Virus record (IMG/VR): IMGVR_UViG_3300037067_015055
Length of the DNA: 64,000 nt
Source: a virus
Direction: 5' to 3' (one strand)
Part shown: positions 47,469 to 56,604 of the stretch, piece after piece
Numbering within the stretch: the first letter of the stretch is position 1
Layout of the letters: each line of letters begins with the position of its first letter
Made by a program: the position numbers and the translations under genes
Notes under the pieces: model-generated
What the model was told of the DNA's origin: nothing
The model's input: only the letters and a program-made list of their open reading frames with translations
Databases searched by the model: none

Positions 47469-48374
47469 AGTTTCAAGTATAGTTTTATAGCATCTCGGCA
47501 TACTTGTCTGGTAGAAGATTCCCATTGGATCATTCAAGCATTTAGTTGCTGCAATGGTGAATTGATTAAATTTTTCATTTGAGAATGTTCGTATTGCTTC
47601 CATTAGTGGTTCTTTAAGTAGTATTGGGGATTGGTTTGGTTTTTTGATGACAAAGTTTCTTAGATCAAAGAACGTATCTTTGGGAAGTATATCATCAACG
47701 TTATATGCCCCCAGATATAAAGGGACTGTACCACTATACATTACGTGTAATGGTTTTTCTGTAAAATAGTTGTGCGAATATATTGGGTCATAGGTATTTT
47801 CGGTACATATACCAAACCTATACCTAGATAGAACTCTTATCTTTTCAGGAATAGACCCACGGTAATATCTATTACCTGGATTGCTATGGCCAAACCAATC
47901 AACTACAAATCCATTTTCATAAAATAGATCTGCTAACATTTCCCTAAGACAATATATAGACGCTTGATGTGTAGAGGTTTTATTACAAGATATAATAACT
48001 ACACCATTAATACGTTCTTCCCATGTTGGCCATGTCAGTTTTACATTAGTCACCCTAGAATCACATAGTTCGGAACCGCAGTTGATTGGTACAAATTTAT
48101 CCTTGATCGCCGAGGTTTCAAAGAATTTATTCGCCCAGCTAAATACCGTTTTGAATTTCGAAAGGTAGTTTAGATCGTAGTGTGATGGAGTGGTAACTAT
48201 CGGTTCTAAAACAACAATACTGTCTTCTGATTGAGGATCTTTTGCATCTCCAAAAAATATGTTTGGCATCGATGGATCGCGGCAATTTGACATCCATACT
48301 TTACCTTCTTCGCCTTCGTATTCAAGAGTTCTACTTTGCCTGGCGTAGTATACAATATTTACTTCTTTGCACAT
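47457..48374 (-). CDS. Alpha-1,3/4-fucosyltransferase-like glycosyltransferase (GT10 family), minus strand
   Basis: FGICTENTYDPIYSHNYFTEKPLHVMYSGTVPLYLGA matches the GT10 signature (fENs...dYvTEK....l..g.VPVvlG); converges on and overlaps FkbM gene by 12 nt. Confidence 0.65.
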   Translation of the reverse strand: MCKEVNIVYYARQSRTLEYEGEEGKVWMSNCRDPSMPNIFFGDAKDPQSEDSIVVLEPIVTTPSHYDLNYLSKFKTVFSWANKFFETSAIKDKFVPINCGSELCDSRVTNVKLTWPTWEERINGVVIISCNKTSTHQASIYCLREMLADLFYENGFVVDWFGHSNPGNRYYRGSIPEKIRVLSRYRFGICTENTYDPIYSHNYFTEKPLHVMYSGTVPLYLGAYNVDDILPKDTFFDLRNFVIKKPNQSPILLKEPLMEAIRTFSNEKFNQFTIAATKCLNDPMGIFYQTSMPRCYKTILETLCR

Positions 48375-48397
48375 ATTCGTGGATATATCAAGAGTTT

Positions 48398-49009
48398 ATG
48401 CTCAAGCCTATTCGTGCTCTTGTTTATGAGTTTGATTTGAAGATTCGTGGCGTAATTCATATCGGCGGTCATTATGGTCAAGAATACTCTTCTTATAAAA
48501 ACTTTGGGCTTACCAATATAGTATTTGTAGAGCCTCAACCAAAAGTCTTTGGAATCCTTTCTCAAAATGTTGGTGTGGAATGTTTGCTATTCAATACCGC
48601 GCTTGGTAACTTTGAAGGGAAAACAGAGATGTTTACAGAAGAAGCTAATCAGGGGCAATCATCTTCATTATTGCAACCTAAAAAACATCTAAATCAGTAT
48701 CCAAATATCATATTCAATAGTAAAGTTGAAGTGGATGTTACTAAGTTAGATTTGCTACCACTTGATTTCCAGCTATATAACTTCATCAATATTGATGTTC
48801 AAGGATACGAACTGGAAGTTTTCAAAGGGGGAGTTGAGACACTAAAAAATATAGATTATGTCTATGCAGAGGTTAATAGGGCCGAGTTGTATAAAGGCTG
48901 CGCTATGGTGGAAGATATAGATAACTTCTTAGGCGAGTATAAGTTTAAGCGCGTTGATACGTGGTGGGATGGTGTAACTTGGGGTGATGCATTGTATATT
49001 AAAGGATGA
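48398..49009 (+). CDS. FkbM-family methyltransferase (second copy); real start ATG 48398 (MLKPIRAL...), the longer ORF-track start overlaps the GT10 gene
   Basis: GVIHIGGHYGQEYSSYKNFGLTNIVFVEPQPKVFGIL matches FkbM motif. Confidence 0.6.
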   Translation: MLKPIRALVYEFDLKIRGVIHIGGHYGQEYSSYKNFGLTNIVFVEPQPKVFGILSQNVGVECLLFNTALGNFEGKTEMFTEEANQGQSSSLLQPKKHLNQYPNIIFNSKVEVDVTKLDLLPLDFQLYNFINIDVQGYELEVFKGGVETLKNIDYVYAEVNRAELYKGCAMVEDIDNFLGEYKFKRVDTWWDGVTWGDALYIKG

Positions 49010-49010
49010 T

Positions 49011-49748
49011 ATGAATCATTTTGTAATTGTAATCCCAAGCTATCAAAATCGTATTTGGTGTGAAAAGACCTTGATGTCAGTTTTGACCCAGGAGTATCCT
49101 CATTTCAGAGCAATTTATTCTGATGATTGCTCTACCGATGGAACTGCCGATGAAGTTGATAGATTGTTAGCCGAGAAGGACAAAGATAAGCGTGTCACCT
49201 TGGTTCGTAATACAGAGCGTTTGTACGCGGTGCATAACATCTACAACATGGTTCATAGCTGCGATGATGATGAAATCATTGTGATGTTGGATGGTGATGA
49301 TTGGCTGGAAAATACGAATGTCCTATCCAGGCTTAGTGAGGAGTACGACAAAGGGATATGGATGACCTACGGGCAATATATCTCTCACCATGATCGAGAG
49401 ATCGGTTGTTCTTACCAGATCCCCAGGGAAATTATCGAGGCAGGGGCGTTTAGGCGCTACAGGTGGTGCTCTTCTCACCTGCGAACATTTTATGCTTGGT
49501 TATACAAGAAAATTCGTCCAGAGGATTTGATGCACAATGGTCAATGGCTAAAGATGTCTGGTGATTTGGCAGCTATGTTCCCGATGCTGGAGATGGCTGG
49601 TCCGAAACAATCGTTCATTCCAGATATTCTGTATGAGTATAATTACACATCTCCAATCAATGACGGTAAGATAAATAGAAACTTACAGATTGAATTGGAA
49701 AGGAAAATACGGTCAATGCATCCATATCAGAGAATATTAGAGAGGTGA
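49011..49748 (+). CDS. Glycosyltransferase family 2 (start likely ATG 49011, MNHFVIVIPSYQN...)
   Basis: FVIVIPSYQNRIW...AIYSDDCSTDGT GT2 signature; AAAGGA RBS; TGAnATG junction with upstream gene. Confidence 0.7.
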   Translation: MNHFVIVIPSYQNRIWCEKTLMSVLTQEYPHFRAIYSDDCSTDGTADEVDRLLAEKDKDKRVTLVRNTERLYAVHNIYNMVHSCDDDEIIVMLDGDDWLENTNVLSRLSEEYDKGIWMTYGQYISHHDREIGCSYQIPREIIEAGAFRRYRWCSSHLRTFYAWLYKKIRPEDLMHNGQWLKMSGDLAAMFPMLEMAGPKQSFIPDILYEYNYTSPINDGKINRNLQIELERKIRSMHPYQRILER

Positions 49749-49750
49749 GA

Positions 49751-50716
49751 ATGGGCGCTAAAATAGAGCTAGATATTTACACAATATATTCAGAACATTG
49801 TCGTGGAGTATCTGTCAGTTATTTGTCGAAAAAATATTCAGTTTCAAGAGAAACATTATTTAGAAGATTCAAAAGCCTTGGCCTTAAAACTAAGACTAAA
49901 ATGTCTTTATATAATGCTCAATCTGAGAATATAATACGTTTGTATATTTCAAATAATTCAATACAGGATATTTCTTTAACTTTATCAATTCCAGTTACTC
50001 AAGTATGGCGAGTTTTAAAATCAAATAACATTAAGGCTACCGAACAATATAATTACGTAAATAAATTTAATAAGTACGAGATTAATGAATATTTTGATAC
50101 TATAGACACTCCAAATAAAGCTTATTTTCTTGGTTTATTGTATGCTGATGGAAATGTAAACCGTAAACTTAATCAAATTACTTTAAAATTAAAAGCCTCT
50201 GATGTTCATATTTTAAATGATATAAAATACGAATTTGGAATAAATGGACCATTATACAAAGATAGACCAAAAAATCCAAGGGCAGAAAATCAACTGGCCC
50301 TAAAAATAATCAATAAACGCACAAAAGATAATTTTATAAGACACGGCGTAATTCCAAGAAAAACATGGAGATTAAGTTTTCCATTCTGGTTACCTCAAAA
50401 CTTGAGAAGTCACTTTGTTAGAGGTTATTTTGATGGAGATGGCTGTCTTTATATTGATCGGAATAGAAATAATGCGTCTTTTGATATATGTGGCACATAT
50501 AACATGTGCTCTGATTTGGAATTTGTACTGAAAAATTCCATTGGAGTTTGTACGCAAATTTCAAAAGATCGAAATATTTTTCGTATCAGAATTAGAAGAT
50601 ATATAGATGTAGTGGCTGTATGTAATTGGATGTATTATGATGCCAAGTTATTTCTCAAAAGAAAATATGATAAATACCAGGAAATTAGGAGTATGAATGT
50701 GCGCAACGTTTTATGA
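49751..50716 (+). CDS. Free-standing LAGLIDADG homing endonuclease with N-terminal HTH-like DNA-binding repeats
   Basis: Two LAGLIDADG motifs: AYFLGLLYADGNV and RGYFDGDGCLYI; very AT-rich (~28% GC) relative to flanks; inserted between two glycosyltransferase genes. Confidence 0.85.
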   Translation: MGAKIELDIYTIYSEHCRGVSVSYLSKKYSVSRETLFRRFKSLGLKTKTKMSLYNAQSENIIRLYISNNSIQDISLTLSIPVTQVWRVLKSNNIKATEQYNYVNKFNKYEINEYFDTIDTPNKAYFLGLLYADGNVNRKLNQITLKLKASDVHILNDIKYEFGINGPLYKDRPKNPRAENQLALKIINKRTKDNFIRHGVIPRKTWRLSFPFWLPQNLRSHFVRGYFDGDGCLYIDRNRNNASFDICGTYNMCSDLEFVLKNSIGVCTQISKDRNIFRIRIRRYIDVVAVCNWMYYDAKLFLKRKYDKYQEIRSMNVRNVL

Positions 50717-50727
50717 ATTAGGAAATC

Positions 50728-51426
50728 ATGGTCGTGCTGGGCAATGCATTATTTCAGATAGCTACCACTATCGGATATGCAAAGAAGTACAACGTACCAT
50801 TTTGTTTCCCTAAATGGGAATATCAATCTCTCACAAATATACCAGAAGATTGTTTCGTAGACAAGTCATCCATCCGAGTGTCAACTTATTTCAAAGAACC
50901 TCGATACGTCTATTCAAACATACCATTTCAAGATAGTTGTTCTCTATCTGGGTACTTTCAAAGCTGGAAATATTTTGAGAATTGTCAGGATTACATAAGG
51001 AAAATGCTTTCCCCAATTCCAGAAGAAGATTTAAAAGAATATTGCTGTATTCACGTTAGACGCGGAGATTATTTGAGGTATCCAGAACATCACCCAATTC
51101 AAACAATGCAGTATTATATGAGTGCTGTCGAAAAGATTCCTGTGAAGAAATTCATGGTATTTTCAGATGATGTTGCTTGGTGCAAACAGAACTTTACTGG
51201 TAATGAATTTACTGTAAATGAAACTTCTTCTGTAACCTCTGATTTTCGAAGAATGGTTAATTGTTCTCATTTCATCATTGCCAATAGTTCGTTCTCTTGG
51301 TGGCCAGCCTGGCTTAGTTCAAGAGTTGGTAAAGTAGTTGTAGCGCCTAGTAATTGGTTTGGTTCAAAATTAAAAAAATCAAATCCCATAACAGATCTTA
51401 TTCCTCCAGGGTGGATTGTTATATGA
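50728..51426 (+). CDS. Alpha-1,2-fucosyltransferase-like glycosyltransferase (GT11 family)
   Basis: N-terminal VVLGNALFQIAT (GT11 motif I, GGLGNQ.FQyA) and CIHVRRGDY (GT11 HxRRGD motif). Confidence 0.7.
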   Translation: MVVLGNALFQIATTIGYAKKYNVPFCFPKWEYQSLTNIPEDCFVDKSSIRVSTYFKEPRYVYSNIPFQDSCSLSGYFQSWKYFENCQDYIRKMLSPIPEEDLKEYCCIHVRRGDYLRYPEHHPIQTMQYYMSAVEKIPVKKFMVFSDDVAWCKQNFTGNEFTVNETSSVTSDFRRMVNCSHFIIANSSFSWWPAWLSSRVGKVVVAPSNWFGSKLKKSNPITDLIPPGWIVI

Positions 51427-52307
51427 TAAAAAAGGTTATCTTCTTTAATACATATCACAATGGAGATATACATGTGAGTAGGAGCTTGGTCGGAGCTATA
51501 TCTGATATTTGTGCCAAGAGAAATATACCATGTGAATATTGTCATGGGAATGGTTCTTCTCTATTAGCAGATATAAAAAATCTTACTCATGTACCAAATC
51601 GTTACGGTCTACATGCTCATTTTCCAAGTTCAATAGTTGGTAATGTTTTATTCATCAATACTTGGTATTGTGCAGATATGAATAACTTTCAAAAGTACAA
51701 TCTTACATTTGATTGTTTATACATGAATTTCAAGGAGTCGGCTAAATGGTTAGATATTGATCTGGATACCATTTCCGGAATTGAACTATTCCCGAACATT
51801 AATTTTGAACATTTTGCGATTGGTAAGGCAAAAGAATGGTTGGGAAGCCGCTCTCGTCCATTAGTCTTCGTCTCGAATGGAAGTGCTTTATCTGGGCAGG
51901 CTACAAATTTCTCCTTTTCTGAAATCATACATAAACTGGCACAAGAGTATGATTATATTGATTTTTTAATTTCTAATACCGAGGCAAATTACAAACCAAT
52001 GCCGAATACATTCATGACATCAGATATTATCCAGAAGGTTGGGTGTGATCTAAATGAAAATGCGTATTTGGCTGGTCATTGCTCATTGATTTTAGGGCGC
52101 TGTTCTGGAGCTTACAGTTTCGCGGTAAATCGCCAAAACTATTGGGATAATCCGAAGACATTTTTGGCCTTCACTACTCTGAAGCCTAGTGAAGCAATTT
52201 GGACTCATCAATTCACCCCTCCTGTTCTGGCAAAAATCATATCGCATGACGTATCTGATCATAGGGTGATTGATTTGATTAGAGAGCATCTACCATCAAA
52301 ATTTTGA
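51423..52307 (+). CDS. Putative glycosyltransferase-like protein (GT-B/GT9-like C-terminal region); start ATG 51423 overlapping upstream stop
   Basis: ...NENAYLAGHCSLILGRCSGAYSFA resembles the donor-binding region of GT9/GT-B enzymes; weak. Confidence 0.3.
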   Translation: MIKKVIFFNTYHNGDIHVSRSLVGAISDICAKRNIPCEYCHGNGSSLLADIKNLTHVPNRYGLHAHFPSSIVGNVLFINTWYCADMNNFQKYNLTFDCLYMNFKESAKWLDIDLDTISGIELFPNINFEHFAIGKAKEWLGSRSRPLVFVSNGSALSGQATNFSFSEIIHKLAQEYDYIDFLISNTEANYKPMPNTFMTSDIIQKVGCDLNENAYLAGHCSLILGRCSGAYSFAVNRQNYWDNPKTFLAFTTLKPSEAIWTHQFTPPVLAKIISHDVSDHRVIDLIREHLPSKF

Positions 52308-52333
52308 GACTAGTACACGTTATATATTGAACT

Positions 52334-53431
52334 ATGATTCCTATCTACAAACCGTTTTGGCCAAAAAACTCCAAGAACTATGCACTGAAGGCGCTGGAGG
52401 ATTGTTGGCTCATTATGCACGACAACAATACTATCGTGGAAGAACAGCTTGCAGAAAGGACTGGTGCAAAACATGTTATTCTTACATGTAATGGAACGGC
52501 CGCTATTCATTTGGTAGCTAAATGCCTACAATATAAGCATCCAGAAGTTACCCAACTTATCGTGCCTAATCTGGTCTATGTTGCTGCCTGGAATGCATTC
52601 CTACAAGAAAATTTCGGCCTGCATATGGCTCGAACAAATCTGAATACATGGAACTTCGATGTGGAACATGTTGCTAAGCTGGTTGACTTTAAGAATTCGG
52701 CCATTCTTGCTGTTCATAATCTTGGTAATCCACTACCAGTCCAAGAACTTCTTAAATTTGGAATTCCTGTGGTGGAAGATGCCTGTGAAGCGCTATTTGG
52801 CAGCTACGGTGGCCAGAAGGTTCCGTCCCTAGGCTTGGCCTCAGCTTTATCATTCTTTGGTAACAAAACAGTTACATCAGGAGAGGGTGGCGCTTTTGTA
52901 ACAAATGATGATGAATTAGCTGACTATGCCAAAAGACTACGCGGTCAAGGGCAAACAAGTCAAAGGTATATTCACGATGTCTTGGGATACAATTATCGGA
53001 TGACTAATATTCAAGCGGCGATATTAAGGGGACAATTAGAGTATGCCGATGAAATATTAGATAGAAAAGCTGATATATGGAATTATTATGATGAGGCTTT
53101 TTCTAATAGAGAAGATGTTCTTATACAAATGACAGAGAAGGATAGTTCCCATTCAAAGTGGATGTATGGAATTAGACTCCCTAATAGGAATGAATCATTT
53201 GAGGTTAAGCAAGCATTCTTTAATAGTCGAGGGTTTGACATTAGGCCAATGTTTTATCCTATGAGGTATCATGCTCATCTAAAAGAAAATCGTAATGTCT
53301 GGATTTGTAATGATGAAGTTGGAGATTTAATATCTCAAAGTTCGATAATGCTACCGAGTTTCCCAGATATAACTAGGGAAGAGCAATCAATAGTGATATC
53401 TTCCGTGAATGAGTTTTTGTGTCATTATTAA
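52334..53431 (+). CDS. PLP-dependent sugar aminotransferase, DegT/DnrJ/EryC1/StrS family
   Basis: ...TCNGTAAIHLVAKCL...VVEDACEALFGSYGGQKVPSLG...SFFGNKTVTSGEGGAFVTNDDELADYAKRLRGQG matches the family hallmarks including the active-site Lys region (F..NK.i..GEGG). Confidence 0.8.
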   Translation: MIPIYKPFWPKNSKNYALKALEDCWLIMHDNNTIVEEQLAERTGAKHVILTCNGTAAIHLVAKCLQYKHPEVTQLIVPNLVYVAAWNAFLQENFGLHMARTNLNTWNFDVEHVAKLVDFKNSAILAVHNLGNPLPVQELLKFGIPVVEDACEALFGSYGGQKVPSLGLASALSFFGNKTVTSGEGGAFVTNDDELADYAKRLRGQGQTSQRYIHDVLGYNYRMTNIQAAILRGQLEYADEILDRKADIWNYYDEAFSNREDVLIQMTEKDSSHSKWMYGIRLPNRNESFEVKQAFFNSRGFDIRPMFYPMRYHAHLKENRNVWICNDEVGDLISQSSIMLPSFPDITREEQSIVISSVNEFLCHY

Positions 53432-53575
53432 TTTCTCGAAGCATTTATGACAACTGTGTAGATGAATTGATGGAATTTAAAACTAAATGTTTAGGGTATT
53501 TAAGAGATAAGAGATCTAACTCTGGCTTAGTAAATAATTTGCCAATGAGGTCATGATTGCTGACAAAAGGATAAG

Positions 53576-54733
53576 ATGAATATTGAAATTATCAAAAGAG
53601 CTATCTATGCCGTAATTCCGAAGAATGTACATGTTTCTAATGTAGATATCAAAGAGGACAATGGAAAGCTATCCATACAGATTAGCTGGGCAGTTTTTAC
53701 GGATAGCGCGCCCAGATTGGATTTGGAATTCGGTAGTGATAATAATTGGTGTGATGGATATGTCCGCATACCTACCCACCCACCCATTATAGACTTCGAT
53801 CAACGGATACCTATTGGTAAACTGGATTTACCAGAGGCCCTTCAAGAGGCCAACAAGCTTCGGGCAGAAGAGATTGATAAGTCGAATGCTGAATCTATTA
53901 GAGAGGCAGAAGATGCTCGTATTTTGGAAGAGTTAATCAAGAAAGCTACTGGTCCAGATGCGGTAACAAAGCCCACAGCTGATGTGCGAGAAGTGCGAAC
54001 GCCAGAAGGTAGAAAGGTGAATCGAATCAGCCTTCCGAAAGATGTGACTGTGGTTGCCAAGGGTACTGACCAATATGAAAAGGCTCTGATTCGTGCAGGA
54101 ATAGATCCGTTAATAGCTAAAGACATGGCTGAACCATTGCCACCAAAAAAGCCATTGCCACCAAAAAAGCAACTAAAGATAACCGTAGAAGGAAAGTTGG
54201 TAACTCCAATTGATCTACCCTTGCGAGAGTTGAAAGTTCCTAGCCCAAATACCAAGGCAGAAGCTGAATTTCGTAGGAAGATTTATCCAGGAGTCTTTCG
54301 GCGTGCAGAACCAGACGGTTACACTACAATCATTGTTGATGGTAAACCAAAGGTGATTGATGGTTACCAGAAGCCGCGCAATGTCAAAAATGCTTTTGAG
54401 GTAGTTGCCGAGTACAAGAAGGCCGTTGAGGCGTACGATAAGCGCTTTGCGAATGTTAGGTCGCCTCTCGCACCAAAGCCGAATGCCAATGATAAAGGCA
54501 AGCGTGGTGTTGCTGCTCTCACGTCTCATGCCCTACCTTTCTCACATCGGGATAGGAAGGTTACTGATGTTGAAGTTATGTTCATGGCCAATGAGAAGAT
54601 GGCAAAATTAACAGATTCGCCTTCGTTGCTTGATGACCTGAAAGCTATCGAAGTCAAGCTGCCACCTCAAACCAAGCTCAATAGAATAATGTTCCATCTA
54701 AGATCAATCAAGAACGAAATACTAAGGAAGTAA
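53576..54733 (+). CDS. Hypothetical protein (385 aa) with tandem PLPPKK repeat
   Basis: Complete ORF; 18-nt exact tandem duplication at 54134-54169. Confidence 0.3.
   Translation: MNIEIIKRAIYAVIPKNVHVSNVDIKEDNGKLSIQISWAVFTDSAPRLDLEFGSDNNWCDGYVRIPTHPPIIDFDQRIPIGKLDLPEALQEANKLRAEEIDKSNAESIREAEDARILEELIKKATGPDAVTKPTADVREVRTPEGRKVNRISLPKDVTVVAKGTDQYEKALIRAGIDPLIAKDMAEPLPPKKPLPPKKQLKITVEGKLVTPIDLPLRELKVPSPNTKAEAEFRRKIYPGVFRRAEPDGYTTIIVDGKPKVIDGYQKPRNVKNAFEVVAEYKKAVEAYDKRFANVRSPLAPKPNANDKGKRGVAALTSHALPFSHRDRKVTDVEVMFMANEKMAKLTDSPSLLDDLKAIEVKLPPQTKLNRIMFHLRSIKNEILRK
54134..54169 (+). repeat. Exact 18-nt tandem duplication (ccattgccaccaaaaaag x2), in frame (PLPPKK x2)
   Basis: Seen directly. Confidence 0.9.
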
Positions 54734-54807
54734 TGGCTAAGAGGAAGAAAGTTCTAGTAACAGGTAGTGGTGGCCTCTATCAATATTTAGATATTTGTAT
54801 ATGTTGA
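54733..54807 (+). pseudogene. Remnant 5' fragment of an NAD-dependent epimerase/dehydratase gene: encodes MAKRKKVLVTGSGG then diverges and stops
   Basis: First 14 aa identical (one L/M difference) to the N-terminus of the intact epimerase gene at 55675 but with 11 synonymous nucleotide differences; immediately upstream of a homing-endonuclease-like gene. Confidence 0.55.
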
Positions 54808-55682
54808 TTTCGGAGAGACCTTTAGGTAAAAGAACTAGGGAGTTTTTGATTAGGTGTGAATCGTGTGGAACTGAAGAATGGTTGCCTGGTAAGAAATGTA
54901 AGTTTGGTGGCAGAAGGTATTGTTCAAAGAAGTGCATTAATCTTGGGCGACATAAATCAGAAGAACAAAAAAAGCATTTATCCGATGTAAGTCTTGGAGA
55001 AAAGAATCACTTCTTTGGGAAGCGCCATTCTAAGACATCAAAGGAAAAAATGTCAGAAACTCACAGCGATCTTGGTGGTCTATACCATATGATGAAAGCC
55101 AAACTATCAGCTGATGAGTTTGATATTTACTGGAGTGAATACTGCAGTAAATTTATTGGTGCCAAAAATCCATTCTTTGGAAAGGTGCATTCCTCAGCTA
55201 CCAGAGCAAAGATATCAATAACAAGATCTAATCTAATATCAAGTGGCCAAATTGATATCAAGCCTAGTCATTATGGACTTAAAGGATATTATACATCAAA
55301 AAAAACAGGAGAGGTGTTTAGGTTCGATTCCTTTACAGAATATATTAGGATGATTGTTCTTGATACGGATGATAATGTTACAACGTGGACAAAAAGACAT
55401 AAAATAAGAATCCAGTATGAATTCGATGGTGAACAGAAGAACTATATACCAGATTTTTTAGTTGCTAAAATTGATGGCGAGGTTATAGAGGAAGTGAAGG
55501 GTTATGAGAATAAAAAAAAGAAGGAAGCGAAATTTTCAGCTCTGCGGGCATACTGTAAAGAACATGGGTTTGGTTGTAGTATTGTGACATATGAGGATGT
55601 CAGAAATATGTGTCTGAGTCATTTTGGGAAAAGTATAGATGTTTTAAGAGAACAATACAAAAAGGGATTATTTCATGGCTAA
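54801..55682 (+). CDS. Homing-endonuclease-like protein: N-terminal CxxC Zn-finger, two NUMOD3-like motifs (NHFFGKRHSKTSKEKMS, NPFFGKVHSSATRAKIS), C-terminal PD-(D/E)xK-like nuclease motif (IPDFLV...IEEVKG)
   Basis: Motifs read from translation; inserted between a gene remnant and its intact copy; start ATG 54801 (ORF track used TTG at 54795). Confidence 0.5.
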   Translation: MLISERPLGKRTREFLIRCESCGTEEWLPGKKCKFGGRRYCSKKCINLGRHKSEEQKKHLSDVSLGEKNHFFGKRHSKTSKEKMSETHSDLGGLYHMMKAKLSADEFDIYWSEYCSKFIGAKNPFFGKVHSSATRAKISITRSNLISSGQIDIKPSHYGLKGYYTSKKTGEVFRFDSFTEYIRMIVLDTDDNVTTWTKRHKIRIQYEFDGEQKNYIPDFLVAKIDGEVIEEVKGYENKKKKEAKFSALRAYCKEHGFGCSIVTYEDVRNMCLSHFGKSIDVLREQYKKGLFHG

Positions 55683-56604
55683 AAGAAAGAAGGTAATGGT
55701 CACTGGTTCAGGAGGGTTTATTTTCGGAAACTTCATTCGACAAGTTTTCTATTCTAAGCTGCCCTACACCATTTCTAGTATTGACAGGGTAAGAGACTCC
55801 CATATCATTCATAATATCTATGTGAACGCCGATCATTCGTTCCATATTGCGGATATTACGGATGCTCATATTCTACATGTAATCTTTGAGAAGGAACGCC
55901 CAGATATTGTAATACATGGTGCGGCTGAAACTATAGATGAACAGTCGATGAACAGCCGCAACATTTTTGGCACCAAGGCTGTCGTCAATGAATGCTTGAA
56001 GATGGAGTCGAAGCTGATTTACGTGAGCACAGATCGAGTTTATGGAGATCTTGGATCCGAGGAGGTTCCGCTTCGGAAGGAGGCTGATCCAGTCAATCCA
56101 CATGGAGTTCTTGCAACAACCAAGGCCAGCGGCGAGGCGTTCGTCAAGGGCGCTTCTGGTTTGGATTACAACATTATTCGCCTGAGCAATAATTACGGGC
56201 CATGGCAGACGGTTTCGGGTCTCATTCCTCATATTATTGATGGAATATTTGATGAGAAACCAGTTGAGATATATGGGACTGGATCTCAAACAAGAGATTG
56301 GACTCATGTCTTTGATACTTGTTCTGCGATATTTGCTATTATCGAAAATTGGGTTGGCGGAGAGATATATAACATAACTTCCAAACAGGAATTTAGCAAT
56401 CTTGAGGTTGTTCAAATAGTTTGTAATGCCCTTAGTAAAGGGCATGAGTTAGTAAAACATGTCGAGAGAGATTTTGATTCTAGATATGCTATGGCTAATG
56501 ATAAAATCAAAGCACTAGGGTGGTCTCCACAATTCAAGTTCAGAGATGGAATTGCTCAGACTTGCCAATGGTATCTGAATAATAAATATGTGCTAAAGAT
56601 GTAA
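55675..56604 (+). CDS. NAD(P)-dependent sugar epimerase/dehydratase (extended SDR family)
   Basis: VMVTGSGGFIFGNFI Rossmann motif; YVSTDRVYGD; NPHGVLATTKASGE region (expected PYxxSK has His in place of catalytic Tyr); NNYGPWQ. Confidence 0.75.
   Translation: MAKRKKVMVTGSGGFIFGNFIRQVFYSKLPYTISSIDRVRDSHIIHNIYVNADHSFHIADITDAHILHVIFEKERPDIVIHGAAETIDEQSMNSRNIFGTKAVVNECLKMESKLIYVSTDRVYGDLGSEEVPLRKEADPVNPHGVLATTKASGEAFVKGASGLDYNIIRLSNNYGPWQTVSGLIPHIIDGIFDEKPVEIYGTGSQTRDWTHVFDTCSAIFAIIENWVGGEIYNITSKQEFSNLEVVQIVCNALSKGHELVKHVERDFDSRYAMANDKIKALGWSPQFKFRDGIAQTCQWYLNNKYVLKM

Noticed and set aside
48242-48397. Long N-terminal extension of the second FkbM methyltransferase ORF
   Set aside because: It overlaps the 5' end of the convergent or divergent GT10 gene. 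The conserved methyltransferase domain begins after ATG 48398.
54733-56604. Group I intron interpretation of the epimerase locus (exon1 - endonuclease-containing intron - exon2)
   Set aside because: The downstream copy re-encodes the same 14 N-terminal residues with its own ATG and RBS context. That is inconsistent with a spliced exon 2 and fits better with a duplication or co-conversion footprint.
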